Under the pieces are notes generated by a model. The model did not search any database. It was not told the origin of the DNA and saw nothing but the letters and a program-made list of their open reading frames with translations. From the NCBI GenBank assembly GCA_965215885.1, contig CBDCEW010000102.1, positions 32,001 to 96,000 of the forward strand: a DNA stretch of 64,000 nucleotides. Direction: 5' to 3'. Made by a program: the position numbers and the translations under genes. Each line of letters opens with the position of its first letter. Within the stretch, counting starts at the first letter, position 1. This document shows, in pieces, positions 40,501 through 49,931 of the stretch. Source of the stretch: Candidatus Moanibacter sp. (GTDB taxonomy: Bacteria; Verrucomicrobiota; Verrucomicrobiia; Opitutales; UBA2987).

Positions 40501-41232
40501 CTAATGGAGGATATCATTGAGAACGACCGCTTCCGCGCCAGGGCCGTCTTCGGTATCTGGCCCGCCAACAGCATTGGCGACGATCTGCGGGTCTACGATC
40601 TGAAAGATAAGGATAGAGTGATCGCGGATTTTCATTGTTTGCGGCAGCAGAAAGAAAAGATCAAGAGTTCCGCATACCTCTGCCTCTCCGATTTTGTCGC
40701 GCCCCTTGATAGTGGAAGGGAGGATTACCTGGGCTTTTTCGCGGTGACCGCGGGCGAAGAGGTGCAGGAATACGCCTCCTTTTTCGAAGGGGAACACGAT
40801 GACTACTCGTCCATAATGGTCAAGGCGCTGGGAGATCGATTTGCGGAAGCCCTGGCCGAACTCATTCATAAGAAGGCGCGCGTTTTCTGGGAGTACGGAA
40901 AGGAGGAGAGCCTGACCATGGATGCGATCATACGGGATGAGTACCGTGGAATCCGCCCCGCGTCCGGGTACCCAGCTTGCCCCGACCACACCGAGAAAGC
41001 GGCGTTATGGGATCTCCTCGAGGTGGAGAAACACACCGGTATCACGCTGACTGAGACTTTCGCCATGAACCCGCCCAGTTCGGTTTCAGGGCTCTATTTC
41101 GCCCATCCCCATTCAAGATATTTCAGCGTCGGAAAAATTGGCAGAGACCAGGTCGAAGACTACGCCGTACGCAAAAATATGAAGGTCGAGGAAGTGGAAA
41201 AATGGCTGGCTCCCAGTCTGGGATATGCTTGA
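37513..41232 (+). CDS. metH: B12-dependent methionine synthase with one in-frame TGA at 38044-38046
   Basis: [11 protein letters not shown]...[22 protein letters not shown]...[27 protein letters not shown]; the two ORF-track pieces share one frame. Confidence 0.93.
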
Positions 41233-41683
41233 CCTATTGGAATTGGCGGGGAAAAAGGCCGAGGAATCCCGTTCTCCTCAATCGGACTGGGTTTCTGCTT
41301 TAGAGAGACATCTTCCCGATTTAAGAGCGGCAATCAAAGAAGAAGGGAGTATTGCCCTCGTTGTCGCGAGCTGTGCTTCGTTATCCCAGCTAACCCTCAT
41401 ATCAAAGGCCCTGTCCCATCACTCCGGGACTTCATCTCTATCGAGCAACAGGTTTGAGGAACTCGTTCGCAGGGTCGACGAGTCTCCTTATACGCTCTCC
41501 GAGTGGATTGCGGCCTGGGAGACATTTAATGTCTGGCTCGAACGAAATAACCGAAGATCCGATTTTCTAAATGCGCTCGGTTACCTCGACTGCTGTGTCG
41601 AATATATCCGGCCGGCACCCTTCCAACCAACCTTTCCGGAACTCGTCGCTACGATGCTCGATGAGTATGGGTACGAAGGCTAG
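41225..41683 (+). CDS. Hypothetical protein overlapping the metH stop
   Basis: 152-aa ORF, apparently translationally coupled to metH. Confidence 0.65.
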   Translation: MLDLLELAGKKAEESRSPQSDWVSALERHLPDLRAAIKEEGSIALVVASCASLSQLTLISKALSHHSGTSSLSSNRFEELVRRVDESPYTLSEWIAAWETFNVWLERNNRRSDFLNALGYLDCCVEYIRPAPFQPTFPELVATMLDEYGYEG

Positions 41684-41732
41684 GAATCCACCCTCCCTCC
41701 CCGGCTATCCGGGAGGGAGGGTGGATTCCTAG
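41680..41732. repeat. CTAG-flanked near-perfect palindrome between convergent genes
   Basis: CTAGGAATCCACCCTCCCTCCCCGG-CTAT-CCGGGAGGGAGGGTGGATTCCTAG. Confidence 0.85.
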
Positions 41733-41733
41733 A

Positions 41734-42156
41734 TCAAAAGACGACCTTGTAGACCCTCCCATCGTTGGAGCGTGCTTCGCCGTGGCCACTCCTCGACAGG
41801 ATGTTATAATCAGCCACGAGTTCCAGGACGAGTCCGGTCTTGGCACTATGGAGTAGGGAATAGAAATTCCCCGTGCCTCTAACACCGACCGATGGATGGA
41901 CACCGTAACCGGTCCGGCGTCCATAGCGTCCGATACCGGCTCCAATCGTAAAGCGGGCGTTGCTCATTTTTGTATATTTACCGGTGAGCACTTCACCATC
42001 TTCCAGGTAGACCCTGACTTCCCCTTTACCAGAGTCCCAAAACCCTTGCGCCGAATCACCGGACTTGAATTCCACAAATTGCATTTCCTTTAAGCAACCG
42101 GAGAGGAAAAGCGCCGAAATCGCGAAGAGAGTTAATTGCTTCAATTTTGTCACCAT
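41734..42156 (-). CDS. Putative lipoprotein
   Basis: Lipobox LFLSGC after a signal peptide. Confidence 0.75.
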   Translation of the reverse strand: MVTKLKQLTLFAISALFLSGCLKEMQFVEFKSGDSAQGFWDSGKGEVRVYLEDGEVLTGKYTKMSNARFTIGAGIGRYGRRTGYGVHPSVGVRGTGNFYSLLHSAKTGLVLELVADYNILSRSGHGEARSNDGRVYKVVF

Positions 42157-42280
42157 AGGTGGAAGGAGTTTATTAGTGCGAAGTCCACTTCCCATATATC
42201 CCCGTAGCCCGGGATTAGTTTCAAGAATCTCGGAATAGGATTGCAATCGCCCTTCACATGCCAATGAACCCGAAGATAAA

Positions 42281-43252
42281 ATGAAGATCTCTCCTACCGT
42301 ACTCGAGGCGATTGGAAACACACCACTCGTTAAGCTCAACAAAATCTCACGTGACCACGCAGCCCACCTTTTTGCGAAATTGGAATATCTCAACCCTTCG
42401 GGCAGCGTAAAGGACAGGATGGCATGGTACATGGTGGAAGACGCCGAGAAGAGGGGGTTGCTTAAGCCGGGGGGCACGATAGTAGAAAATTCCTCCGGCA
42501 ATACGGGCTCCGCCCTGGCCATGATCGCCGCTGTAAAGGGCTACGAATGCATCATTACGATGCCCGACAAGATGAGCGATGAGAAACAGAATTTGATGCG
42601 TGCCTTCGGGGCGGAAGTGGTGGTAACTCCTACCAATGTGCCGGCTGACTCTCCTGAGAGCTATTACAGTGTGGCGAGACGCCTCGCCAAGGAGATTCCA
42701 AACGCCTACTACCCCGACCAGTACAACAACCCAAAGAATATCGAGGCACATTATCATACGACCGGCCCGGAAATCTGGGAACAGACGGAAGGCCAGATCG
42801 ATCTACTCGTTTGCGGAATCGGCACGGGGGGTACCCTCAGCGGGGCAGGGCGCTACTTAAAGGAGAATAAGCCGGAGATTAAGATTGTGGCGGTGGATCC
42901 GGAAGGCTCCGTCTTTTACCATTACTTCAAGACTGGAGAATTACCGGAACCCCACGTTTACCAGGTCGAAGGTATCGGTGAGGATTACCTCGTAAAGGCG
43001 GTTGATTTCAGTATCATTGACGAGATCATCCAGGTAAACGACCGAGATTCGTTTTTAATGGCGCGCAGGCTCTGCCGGGAAGAGGGACTGTTCGCCGGCG
43101 GTTCCAGTGGCAGCGCTTTGTGGGCGGCTCGGAAAGTAGCCGGAACCCTTGAGAAGCCCAGTAATATTGTGGTCGTTCTACCCGATTCCGGCGATCGCTA
43201 CCTGAGCAAGATCTATAACGACGAGTGGATGCGGGCGAAGGGGTACCTCTAA
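42281..43252 (+). CDS. cysK: PLP-dependent cysteine synthase/cystathionine beta-synthase family protein
   Basis: IGNTPLV, NPSGSVKDR, SSGNTG, GIGTGGT, DSGDRYLSK. Confidence 0.88.
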   Translation: MKISPTVLEAIGNTPLVKLNKISRDHAAHLFAKLEYLNPSGSVKDRMAWYMVEDAEKRGLLKPGGTIVENSSGNTGSALAMIAAVKGYECIITMPDKMSDEKQNLMRAFGAEVVVTPTNVPADSPESYYSVARRLAKEIPNAYYPDQYNNPKNIEAHYHTTGPEIWEQTEGQIDLLVCGIGTGGTLSGAGRYLKENKPEIKIVAVDPEGSVFYHYFKTGELPEPHVYQVEGIGEDYLVKAVDFSIIDEIIQVNDRDSFLMARRLCREEGLFAGGSSGSALWAARKVAGTLEKPSNIVVVLPDSGDRYLSKIYNDEWMRAKGYL

Positions 43253-43387
43253 CCCGAATATTTCACAAACCTTCTACTACGATCCCGGCGTGCCGGGATC
43301 GACCGCTGTGCTGCGGAAAAGCTTTGATACGCAGTCCCGGCGAGCCGGGACAATCTCGCTACGAAGTGTGTGAAATGTCCGGGCTAA
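43249..43387. mobile_element. MITE family CCCGAACATTTCAC, copy C (internally deleted, CTAA flanks, two mini-palindromes inside)
   Basis: CTAACCCGAATATTTCACAAACCTTCTACTAC...CTACGAAGTGTGTGAAATGTCCGGGCTAA. Confidence 0.82.
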
Positions 43388-43393
43388 AGAACA

Positions 43394-43434
43394 CGAAACC
43401 GGGGCGGGCCTTCCACGAACCCGCCCCGGTTCGT
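43394..43434. terminator. GC-rich hairpin between convergent cysK and nrdA
   Basis: AACCGGGGCGGG...CCCGCCCCGGTT. Confidence 0.55.
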
Positions 43435-43482
43435 CTCAGTTAGCAGTGGGCTTTATGGGCGTTGGGGGGAAATATCTATTCG

Positions 43483-46400
43483 CTATTGGCAGGCTTCGCA
43501 TTCTTCACCGTCCATCATTGCCTCTATGCTGCAGGCTGATTTTTCAGTTTCGCTATATTCTTTGCCGGAAGACTCGTCGGACTCAACGCTGCTGGCCATG
43601 ATTCCGCGAGTCTGTTTCTTCACGCTGATCGTGGCCTTCTCAATATTGGATGCCCCTAAAGTGCGCAGGTAATAAGTAGTTTTGAGGCCCTTATGCCAGG
43701 CAGCCCTATACATGTGTGAGAGCGTCTTAAGGTTGGGTTTGCCGAGGAACAAATTGACTGATTGTGACTGGTCGATCCATTTTTGCCGTCGTGCCGCCGC
43801 ATCGATGAGATACTTAAAATCGATATCAAAGGCGGCGAGGTACTTCTGCTTCAATTCCTCCGGGATCGATTCAATAGTCGTCAAATCGCCGTCGAAGTAT
43901 TTTAACTGATCCAACATATCGCGATCCCACAAGCCGCTCTTTTTGAGATCGCGCACAAGATATTGATTCAGGACGATGAATTCGCCGGACAGATTACTCT
44001 TCACGAAAATGTTCTTATAAGCCGGTTCGATACATGGAGAAGTGCCCATGATGTTCGATATTGTAGCGGTGGGCGCGATCGCCAGGACATTGCTGTTTCG
44101 CATCCCCTGCTTTGCTACCTTCTTCCTCAATGGTTCCCAATCCATCTTTCCTTCCCGCGGTATATCGATCTTTACGCCGCGTTCTCTCTCAACCAGCTCA
44201 ATTGAATCCGCAGGTAAGATGCCGTTTTCCCATTTGGATCCAGCGTAGCTACTGTACTTTCCGCGTTCTCTGGCCAGATCGCTGGATGCTTCAATGGCGT
44301 AATAGGACACAGCTTCCATGAGTTCATCATTGAATTCGACCGCCTCGTCGGAAGCGAAAGAGAGGTCCTTCTTATATAGCGCATACTGTAGTCCCATAAT
44401 CCCCAAACCGATGGGACGGTGGCGCATGTTCGATTTTCGCGCGGTATTCGTGGGGTAGTAGTTGATGTCAATGACATTATCGAGGGAACGTATTGCTATT
44501 CGAATCGTTTCCCGAAGGCTGCGATGGTCAATATTACCATTCGCCTTGATGTGTGTGTCGACGACGACAGAACCTAGATTACAGACCGCCGTCTCCTCGG
44601 CATCCGTGTTTAGAGTGATCTCGGTGCAGAGATTGGAACTATGGATAACGCCGACATGGTCCTGTGGGCTACGCAAATTACAGGTGTCCTTAAAAGTTAT
44701 CCAGGGATGACCGGTTTCAAAGAGCATGGTGAGCATCTTCTTCCAGAGATCGATGGCCGGAATGGTTTGACCGAATATTTCGCCACGCTCCGCCACCCCT
44801 TCGTAATAGCAGTACCGTTCCTCAAATTTCTTGCCATAGAGTTCATGGAGATCCTCCACTTCATTGGAGCGAAAGAGCGTCCAATCCTGGCGTTTTTCCA
44901 TTCGCTTCATGAAGAGATCGGGAATCCAGTTGGCTGTATTCATGTCATGAGTGCGGCGGCGGTCATCACCAGTATTTCGCCGCAGCTCGATAAAGTCTAT
45001 TATGTCATTGTGCCAGGTTTCCAGATAAGAGCAGCCCGAACCCCGACGCTTGCCACCCTGGTTCACCGCCACGAGCTGATCGTTGTGCAATTTGAGAAAC
45101 GGTATTACACCCTGGCTCTCCCCATTTGTACCTTTGATATAGCTTCCGGTTCCCCGCACCGACGTCCAACTGCCCCCTAGACCGCCGGCCCATTTTGAGA
45201 GAAAGGCATTCTCCGCGATTCCGCGTATCATGATCGATTCAATATTATCATCGACTTTGTAAAGATAGCAGGAGGAGAGCTGCGGATGGCACGTGCCGCT
45301 ATTAAATAAAGTGGGCGTCGATGAACAAAACCGTCGGCTCTTGTAGAGATTGTAGAGTCGAATGGCACAATCCTCCCCGTTCTTTTCGTTCTCGATAGAG
45401 AGCCCCATCGCAACTCGCATCCAAAACATCTGTGGCGTCTCTATGCGCTTGGGTTTCTTTCCGGTCTTATCGATTATCAAATAGCGATCGTAAAGTGTCT
45501 GCACCCCCAGGTAGTCAAATTCGAGATCGGAAGAGGGATCGATGGCGCGGGCTAATTTCTCGATATCACAATTGAGCATCTTATCATCAAGCCGTTCGAT
45601 TTTGACAGCATGTTCGAGATACCCCTTAAACCTCAGCCGATGGGCTTCCTTAAGTGACTCGATACCGTCGCGAACGATATCCCAACCGAGCACCTCTTCG
45701 TAGATGTAGGTTAGGAGTATCCGACCTGCGAATTTGCTGAAATCAGCATCCCTTTCATTTAACGCTTTAGCGTTGAGTATGATCGTTTTGCACAGGTCAT
45801 CGAGCGTCACCTCCGAGTAGAGGGAGCGCCGCAACTCAGTTTCAATCTCCTCCTTGTCGAGGCAGAGATCGAGTCCGATCATACCGAATTCGATCCGCTT
45901 CTTAAGATCGTTCCCATCCCAGAAATAGGTATCGCCTTCCGGGGTGCGGACCACGATCATGGATTCCTGGAGCATTTCGTTTTCCGGTTCCTTCTCCTGC
46001 TCTTCCCGTAGACGCGCCCGATGCGCCCGGTACAAAATATAGCCCTCCGCTACCTTGTAGTGACCTTGGCGCATAAGTTCCTCTTGGACAAAGTCTTGCA
46101 AGTCTTCAATGTGGGTAAAAGCCTGGCCGAGCTTGCGTACATGTTCGGTTACGGCCATGGCTATGGATATGGCTGGATCGGATTCAAAGTTATTTGAGAG
46201 AAATGCCTTACGCACCGCTATTTCAATCTTGTCGATATTCCACGGTACAACTTGCCCGTTTCTTCGAATGAGCCGTACCGTCAGGGGAGCGCTTTGTGGA
46301 ACCTTCGTCGGCACATTACCTTGTTGAGAGCGCCGAAAAACTACGCTCTTGGCGACATCATGCGCATTGCGTTGTATGAGGGCCTTCTCGATGAGGAGAT

Positions 46401-46749
46401 ATATGTCCCCATCGGAGAGCTTCAGCATTCTCCCCTCCTCCATCTGCGCTGCCAGCCGCTCCCCGACTTCCTTTGCCACATCTGCTACGAATTCCTGATT
46501 CTCATTCGTAAAGATCTCTTCTTCTCTTCGTGAAAGTAAGAGATCGGTAAGCGCGTTGCCGATCGTTTCGGCTACCTCGGCGAGATCAAAATCCCTCGCT
46601 CTGCCTTCCACATCGACCGTAATCTCCGGCTGAACAAGCCGCTCCTCAAGTAGCACATCACGCCATTTAAAGCGTGGCTTCTCATCTTTTGGAGTTGTCG
46701 CAAAGCGCTTTAGTTCGAGGTCTTCTTCAAGTGAGAGTTGACGGATCAT
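43483..46749 (-). CDS. nrdA: Ribonucleoside-diphosphate reductase alpha subunit with multiple N-terminal ATP-cones
   Basis: STPTLFNSG, SSCY, SSNLCTEI, AIAPTATIS, KTTYYLR, C-terminal CEACQ. Confidence 0.97.
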   Translation of the reverse strand: MIRQLSLEEDLELKRFATTPKDEKPRFKWRDVLLEERLVQPEITVDVEGRARDFDLAEVAETIGNALTDLLLSRREEEIFTNENQEFVADVAKEVGERLAAQMEEGRMLKLSDGDIYLLIEKALIQRNAHDVAKSVVFRRSQQGNVPTKVPQSAPLTVRLIRRNGQVVPWNIDKIEIAVRKAFLSNNFESDPAISIAMAVTEHVRKLGQAFTHIEDLQDFVQEELMRQGHYKVAEGYILYRAHRARLREEQEKEPENEMLQESMIVVRTPEGDTYFWDGNDLKKRIEFGMIGLDLCLDKEEIETELRRSLYSEVTLDDLCKTIILNAKALNERDADFSKFAGRILLTYIYEEVLGWDIVRDGIESLKEAHRLRFKGYLEHAVKIERLDDKMLNCDIEKLARAIDPSSDLEFDYLGVQTLYDRYLIIDKTGKKPKRIETPQMFWMRVAMGLSIENEKNGEDCAIRLYNLYKSRRFCSSTPTLFNSGTCHPQLSSCYLYKVDDNIESIMIRGIAENAFLSKWAGGLGGSWTSVRGTGSYIKGTNGESQGVIPFLKLHNDQLVAVNQGGKRRGSGCSYLETWHNDIIDFIELRRNTGDDRRRTHDMNTANWIPDLFMKRMEKRQDWTLFRSNEVEDLHELYGKKFEERYCYYEGVAERGEIFGQTIPAIDLWKKMLTMLFETGHPWITFKDTCNLRSPQDHVGVIHSSNLCTEITLNTDAEETAVCNLGSVVVDTHIKANGNIDHRSLRETIRIAIRSLDNVIDINYYPTNTARKSNMRHRPIGLGIMGLQYALYKKDLSFASDEAVEFNDELMEAVSYYAIEASSDLARERGKYSSYAGSKWENGILPADSIELVERERGVKIDIPREGKMDWEPLRKKVAKQGMRNSNVLAIAPTATISNIMGTSPCIEPAYKNIFVKSNLSGEFIVLNQYLVRDLKKSGLWDRDMLDQLKYFDGDLTTIESIPEELKQKYLAAFDIDFKYLIDAAARRQKWIDQSQSVNLFLGKPNLKTLSHMYRAAWHKGLKTTYYLRTLGASNIEKATISVKKQTRGIMASSVESDESSGKEYSETEKSACSIEAMMDGEECEACQ

Positions 46750-46856
46750 GGAGAAATTCGACGTTTGAGTTTTAGAAGCAACAGATTCGAATAAAGATGG
46801 ATATAAACACTCGGGATGGATTGAATTCGATGATATGCCTCAAGCAGCGATTCCAT

Positions 46857-47939
46857 TCAAAGCTCGTCGTCGTCAACCGCATCCAGAGCGGACGCCTTTT
46901 GATACTCAGTGACGCGGCCCTCAAAGAAATTCTGCTCCTTCTCAATGTCCATAAGTTCGGCTAGCCAGGGGAATGGATTCCTTATTCCAGGATTTAGAGG
47001 TTTCAAACCCACGCCTTCCAGACGCCGGTCCGCGATAAAATCGATATAAGAGACAAATTCCTCAGCGCTCAGGCCCACCGCATTAACCGGCAGGCAGTCG
47101 CAGATGAATCTCTTTTCGAGATAAACGGCCTCAACCATCAGCTCCGTGAGTTCCTTCCTGAACTCCGAAGTCCAGATTTCGGGATTCTCCTCCACCAGGT
47201 CCATAATAAGGTTGCGGAGGAGCTCGATATGGTTCGACTCGTCACGCAAAGTGTAGCGAAACATCTGACCGATTCCGGGAAATTTGTTCTGCCGGTAAAG
47301 AGAGAGAATCATACCGAAAAGGCCGTAGAACTGGGTGCCTTCCATGCATTGACCAAAAACGAATATGTTCTTCGCCAGTTTCTGTTTGTCCTCGGTTTTC
47401 TTCAGATCGAGTTCCCCCCGGAGGGATTTTGATACTTTCGACACGAACTCGGTCTTCTCCAAAACCGATTCAATATCCTCCAGAATTGACTCGCATTCAT
47501 GGGGGTTCACCCCCAACGAGCTGATCATATATACAAGGCTATCGGCATGAATATTCTCTTCGTGGGCGTGCCGTCCCAAGACAAGTTTCAGCTCAGGCGC
47601 GGTGACGCATTCGCGCACCACATGTAAGATATTATCGCCGACAATCCCTTCCGCCGCCGAAAAATAACCGATGCCCATTTTTATGATCCATCGTTCGATA
47701 TCAGTGATTTGATTGGAGCGCCATTGTTCGCAATCCTTCTGCATGGGAATATCTTCGGGTTCCCAATGATTCGCTTTCATGGTACGGTAGAGTTCGTAGG
47801 CCCACTGATATTTGAGAGGAAGAATATTGAAATACATGGTCTTCCTGCCATTGATGACTCTTTTCGCCGAATAAGCTTTCTGCGCTTTTTCCGAATCGAG
47901 GACGAACGACTTGTTACCAATAGTGTATGTGGACTGCAT
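46857..47939 (-). CDS. nrdB: Ribonucleotide reductase beta subunit, class Ic-like (no radical Tyr)
   Basis: FSAAEG, EENIHADSL, MEGTQFY, RDESNH, NFFEGRVTEY. Confidence 0.95.
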   Translation of the reverse strand: MQSTYTIGNKSFVLDSEKAQKAYSAKRVINGRKTMYFNILPLKYQWAYELYRTMKANHWEPEDIPMQKDCEQWRSNQITDIERWIIKMGIGYFSAAEGIVGDNILHVVRECVTAPELKLVLGRHAHEENIHADSLVYMISSLGVNPHECESILEDIESVLEKTEFVSKVSKSLRGELDLKKTEDKQKLAKNIFVFGQCMEGTQFYGLFGMILSLYRQNKFPGIGQMFRYTLRDESNHIELLRNLIMDLVEENPEIWTSEFRKELTELMVEAVYLEKRFICDCLPVNAVGLSAEEFVSYIDFIADRRLEGVGLKPLNPGIRNPFPWLAELMDIEKEQNFFEGRVTEYQKASALDAVDDDEL

Positions 47940-48118
47940 GAGCGATTTCTCGTGTTCGAGCGTTATCTGTCGCCTTCGGGGGTTGGCGACGGCCAGAGAG
48001 AGTCTCCTTTTCGAAGGTCAAACATGCGAAGGATTGTCTAAGGCCTTAATAAAACGTCTCGCCATCTCGTGGATTTTGCAATCGCCGGGAGAGTTACTCT
48101 CCCATTCCCTTTCCCAAA

Positions 48119-48166
48119 CCACAAGATGTTGTGGGCTCTACTAAAAATAGCCACTATATATTGTGT
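48119..48166. promoter_or_regulatory. Tandem NrdR boxes upstream of nrdBA
   Basis: CCACAAGATGTTGTGG (48119-48134) and CCACTATATATTGTGT (48151-48166) match acaCwAtATaTwGtgt, 32 bp apart. Confidence 0.88.
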
Positions 48167-48721
48167 CAACAGATTTCAAATGTGAAAGCAAGAAAAATTC
48201 ATCCCTTTCCCCGAAAGTTCACAGCTATCGCCCAATTCAGACTCGGTGCTCTTCCTCGTTTCTCTCCTTGTGGTAACTGTTGAGCTCCATGCGCCGAGAG
48301 ACGAATCGCCTACAATCGGAAGCACAAGCGTCTCTCTATTCTTTATCCTCAGCAACTTTTTCTTCTTAGAACTTATTGGCTCTCTTCTTAACCAAAGATC
48401 GGGATCGGGACCTTCCGCATATTCGCGGATTCAAGCGGTTGTTTACATTATTCACAGAGTCCCTGTCGTGTTTATTAACAGTCTTGCCATCCACACCCCC
48501 CTTCGCCTTTCCTAAAACCGCGAATGGCAGTGGCGGATTTTCCCGCCCAACTGACAGAAAAGCGGACTGTGTGAAACTTTTTGGAAAACTGTGCGGTTAA
48601 ATTATCGTGATGACACAACCTCTAGGTATACCGGCTTGGCCGGTATTCACTTCCACGCTTTGTCCCGTCAATATGCCTGAAGAGGACCACTTCAATGGGG
48701 CTGGGCAAGACGAAGCATTGA

Positions 48722-49234
48722 ATGCTGCGCGTGGGTGCGGGTGACGAAACTGCATTGGAGATTCTCATTGATCGATGGAAGAATCCGCTCATCAACTTCT
48801 TTTATCGCTCACTCAGATCGGTTGAAGAATCCGAAGATCTCGCACAAATGGTGTATCTTCGCCTCTATCGCTCAGCTCCCAGGTACAAACCGACGGCAAA
48901 ATTCTCAACTTACCTTTTCCACATTGCCCGCCGGTTGCTTATCAATGAATATCGCAGACGGCAGCGCAAACCCCTCCAGACTGTAGATCCTGCCGACCTA
49001 CGGGCTAGCACACCGGGGCGCAACGATTTGAGAATTCTTGAGATTGAGGAGGCTTTCAGCGCAGCCCTCAAGGGTTTGCCCGAAAATCAGAGCACTGCCA
49101 TTCTTCTCCTTAAACAACAGGAACTCAGCTACAGGGAAATTGCCGATATTATGGAAGCCACTGAGTCGGCCGTAAAAACCTGGATTTTTCGTGCCAGAAA
49201 GCATCTTAAAAAGGAATTAAAAGGAATCTTGTGA
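48722..49234 (+). CDS. ECF RNA polymerase sigma factor (likely true start 48673, offset by 1 nt)
   Basis: EDLAQMVYLRLY, KFSTYLFHIA, LSYREIADIM..SAVKTWIFRAR. Confidence 0.92.
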   Translation: MLRVGAGDETALEILIDRWKNPLINFFYRSLRSVEESEDLAQMVYLRLYRSAPRYKPTAKFSTYLFHIARRLLINEYRRRQRKPLQTVDPADLRASTPGRNDLRILEIEEAFSAALKGLPENQSTAILLLKQQELSYREIADIMEATESAVKTWIFRARKHLKKELKGIL

Positions 49235-49277
49235 ACTCGTGTCGTGTCCGACACCAAACTAGGAGATCTATCTCAAA

Positions 49278-49931
49278 ATGAACCCCCGCGAACAACCGGA
49301 TCAGATCGATCTGAAACTGGATGAACTCTTGCGTTCCTCACCTCTTGAGGCATCGCCCCACTTTAAAAAGAATCTGTTGGAGCGTCTGCATGATGTGGAG
49401 AGAAGGCAGGCAGGGATCGATGCAACATTGAGTGCGCTCCTTGCGCGTCAGCCGATCCAGGCGTCTCCAGACTTTGCAAAGAACACGTTGCAGCGAATTC
49501 GCGCCGAAAAAGTGCGGGAAGAAAGAGTGAAGGTAATCAGTTTTCCTTTCCTTGCCTGCTGGTTTAGTGCCGCTGCTGCAATCTTCGTTATCGGCTTTTT
49601 CGGAGTGCAATTCCTGATGCCTCCAAAAAGCGTTCCTACAGAGAAGTACCCCGTAGCAAAGAGTATTCCTGTCACGCCCTACGAAATCCAAGTTGTAGAG
49701 GAGTCGGAAGAAATCGAAGAGATCATTGCCGAAGTGAGGGAGGCTCCACACATTCCAATTATGCTTAAAGTTCTCGAGGAGACCGAAGTGTTGCCGGATC
49801 TGCAAATGGCAGAGCTCTTCCTGCTGGCCGAATCCATGACTGACGCCGAGGTTCTTTTGGACGATGAGGTATTCGACACGCTTACTTTCATCGCAACACA
49901 ATGGACTTTTCGATGGACCTCAAACCTGTAG
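49278..49931 (+). CDS. Putative membrane anti-sigma factor
   Basis: Follows the ECF sigma; duplicated LL..P..ASP.F segment, then a TM helix. Confidence 0.65.
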   Translation: MNPREQPDQIDLKLDELLRSSPLEASPHFKKNLLERLHDVERRQAGIDATLSALLARQPIQASPDFAKNTLQRIRAEKVREERVKVISFPFLACWFSAAAAIFVIGFFGVQFLMPPKSVPTEKYPVAKSIPVTPYEIQVVEESEEIEEIIAEVREAPHIPIMLKVLEETEVLPDLQMAELFLLAESMTDAEVLLDDEVFDTLTFIATQWTFRWTSNL

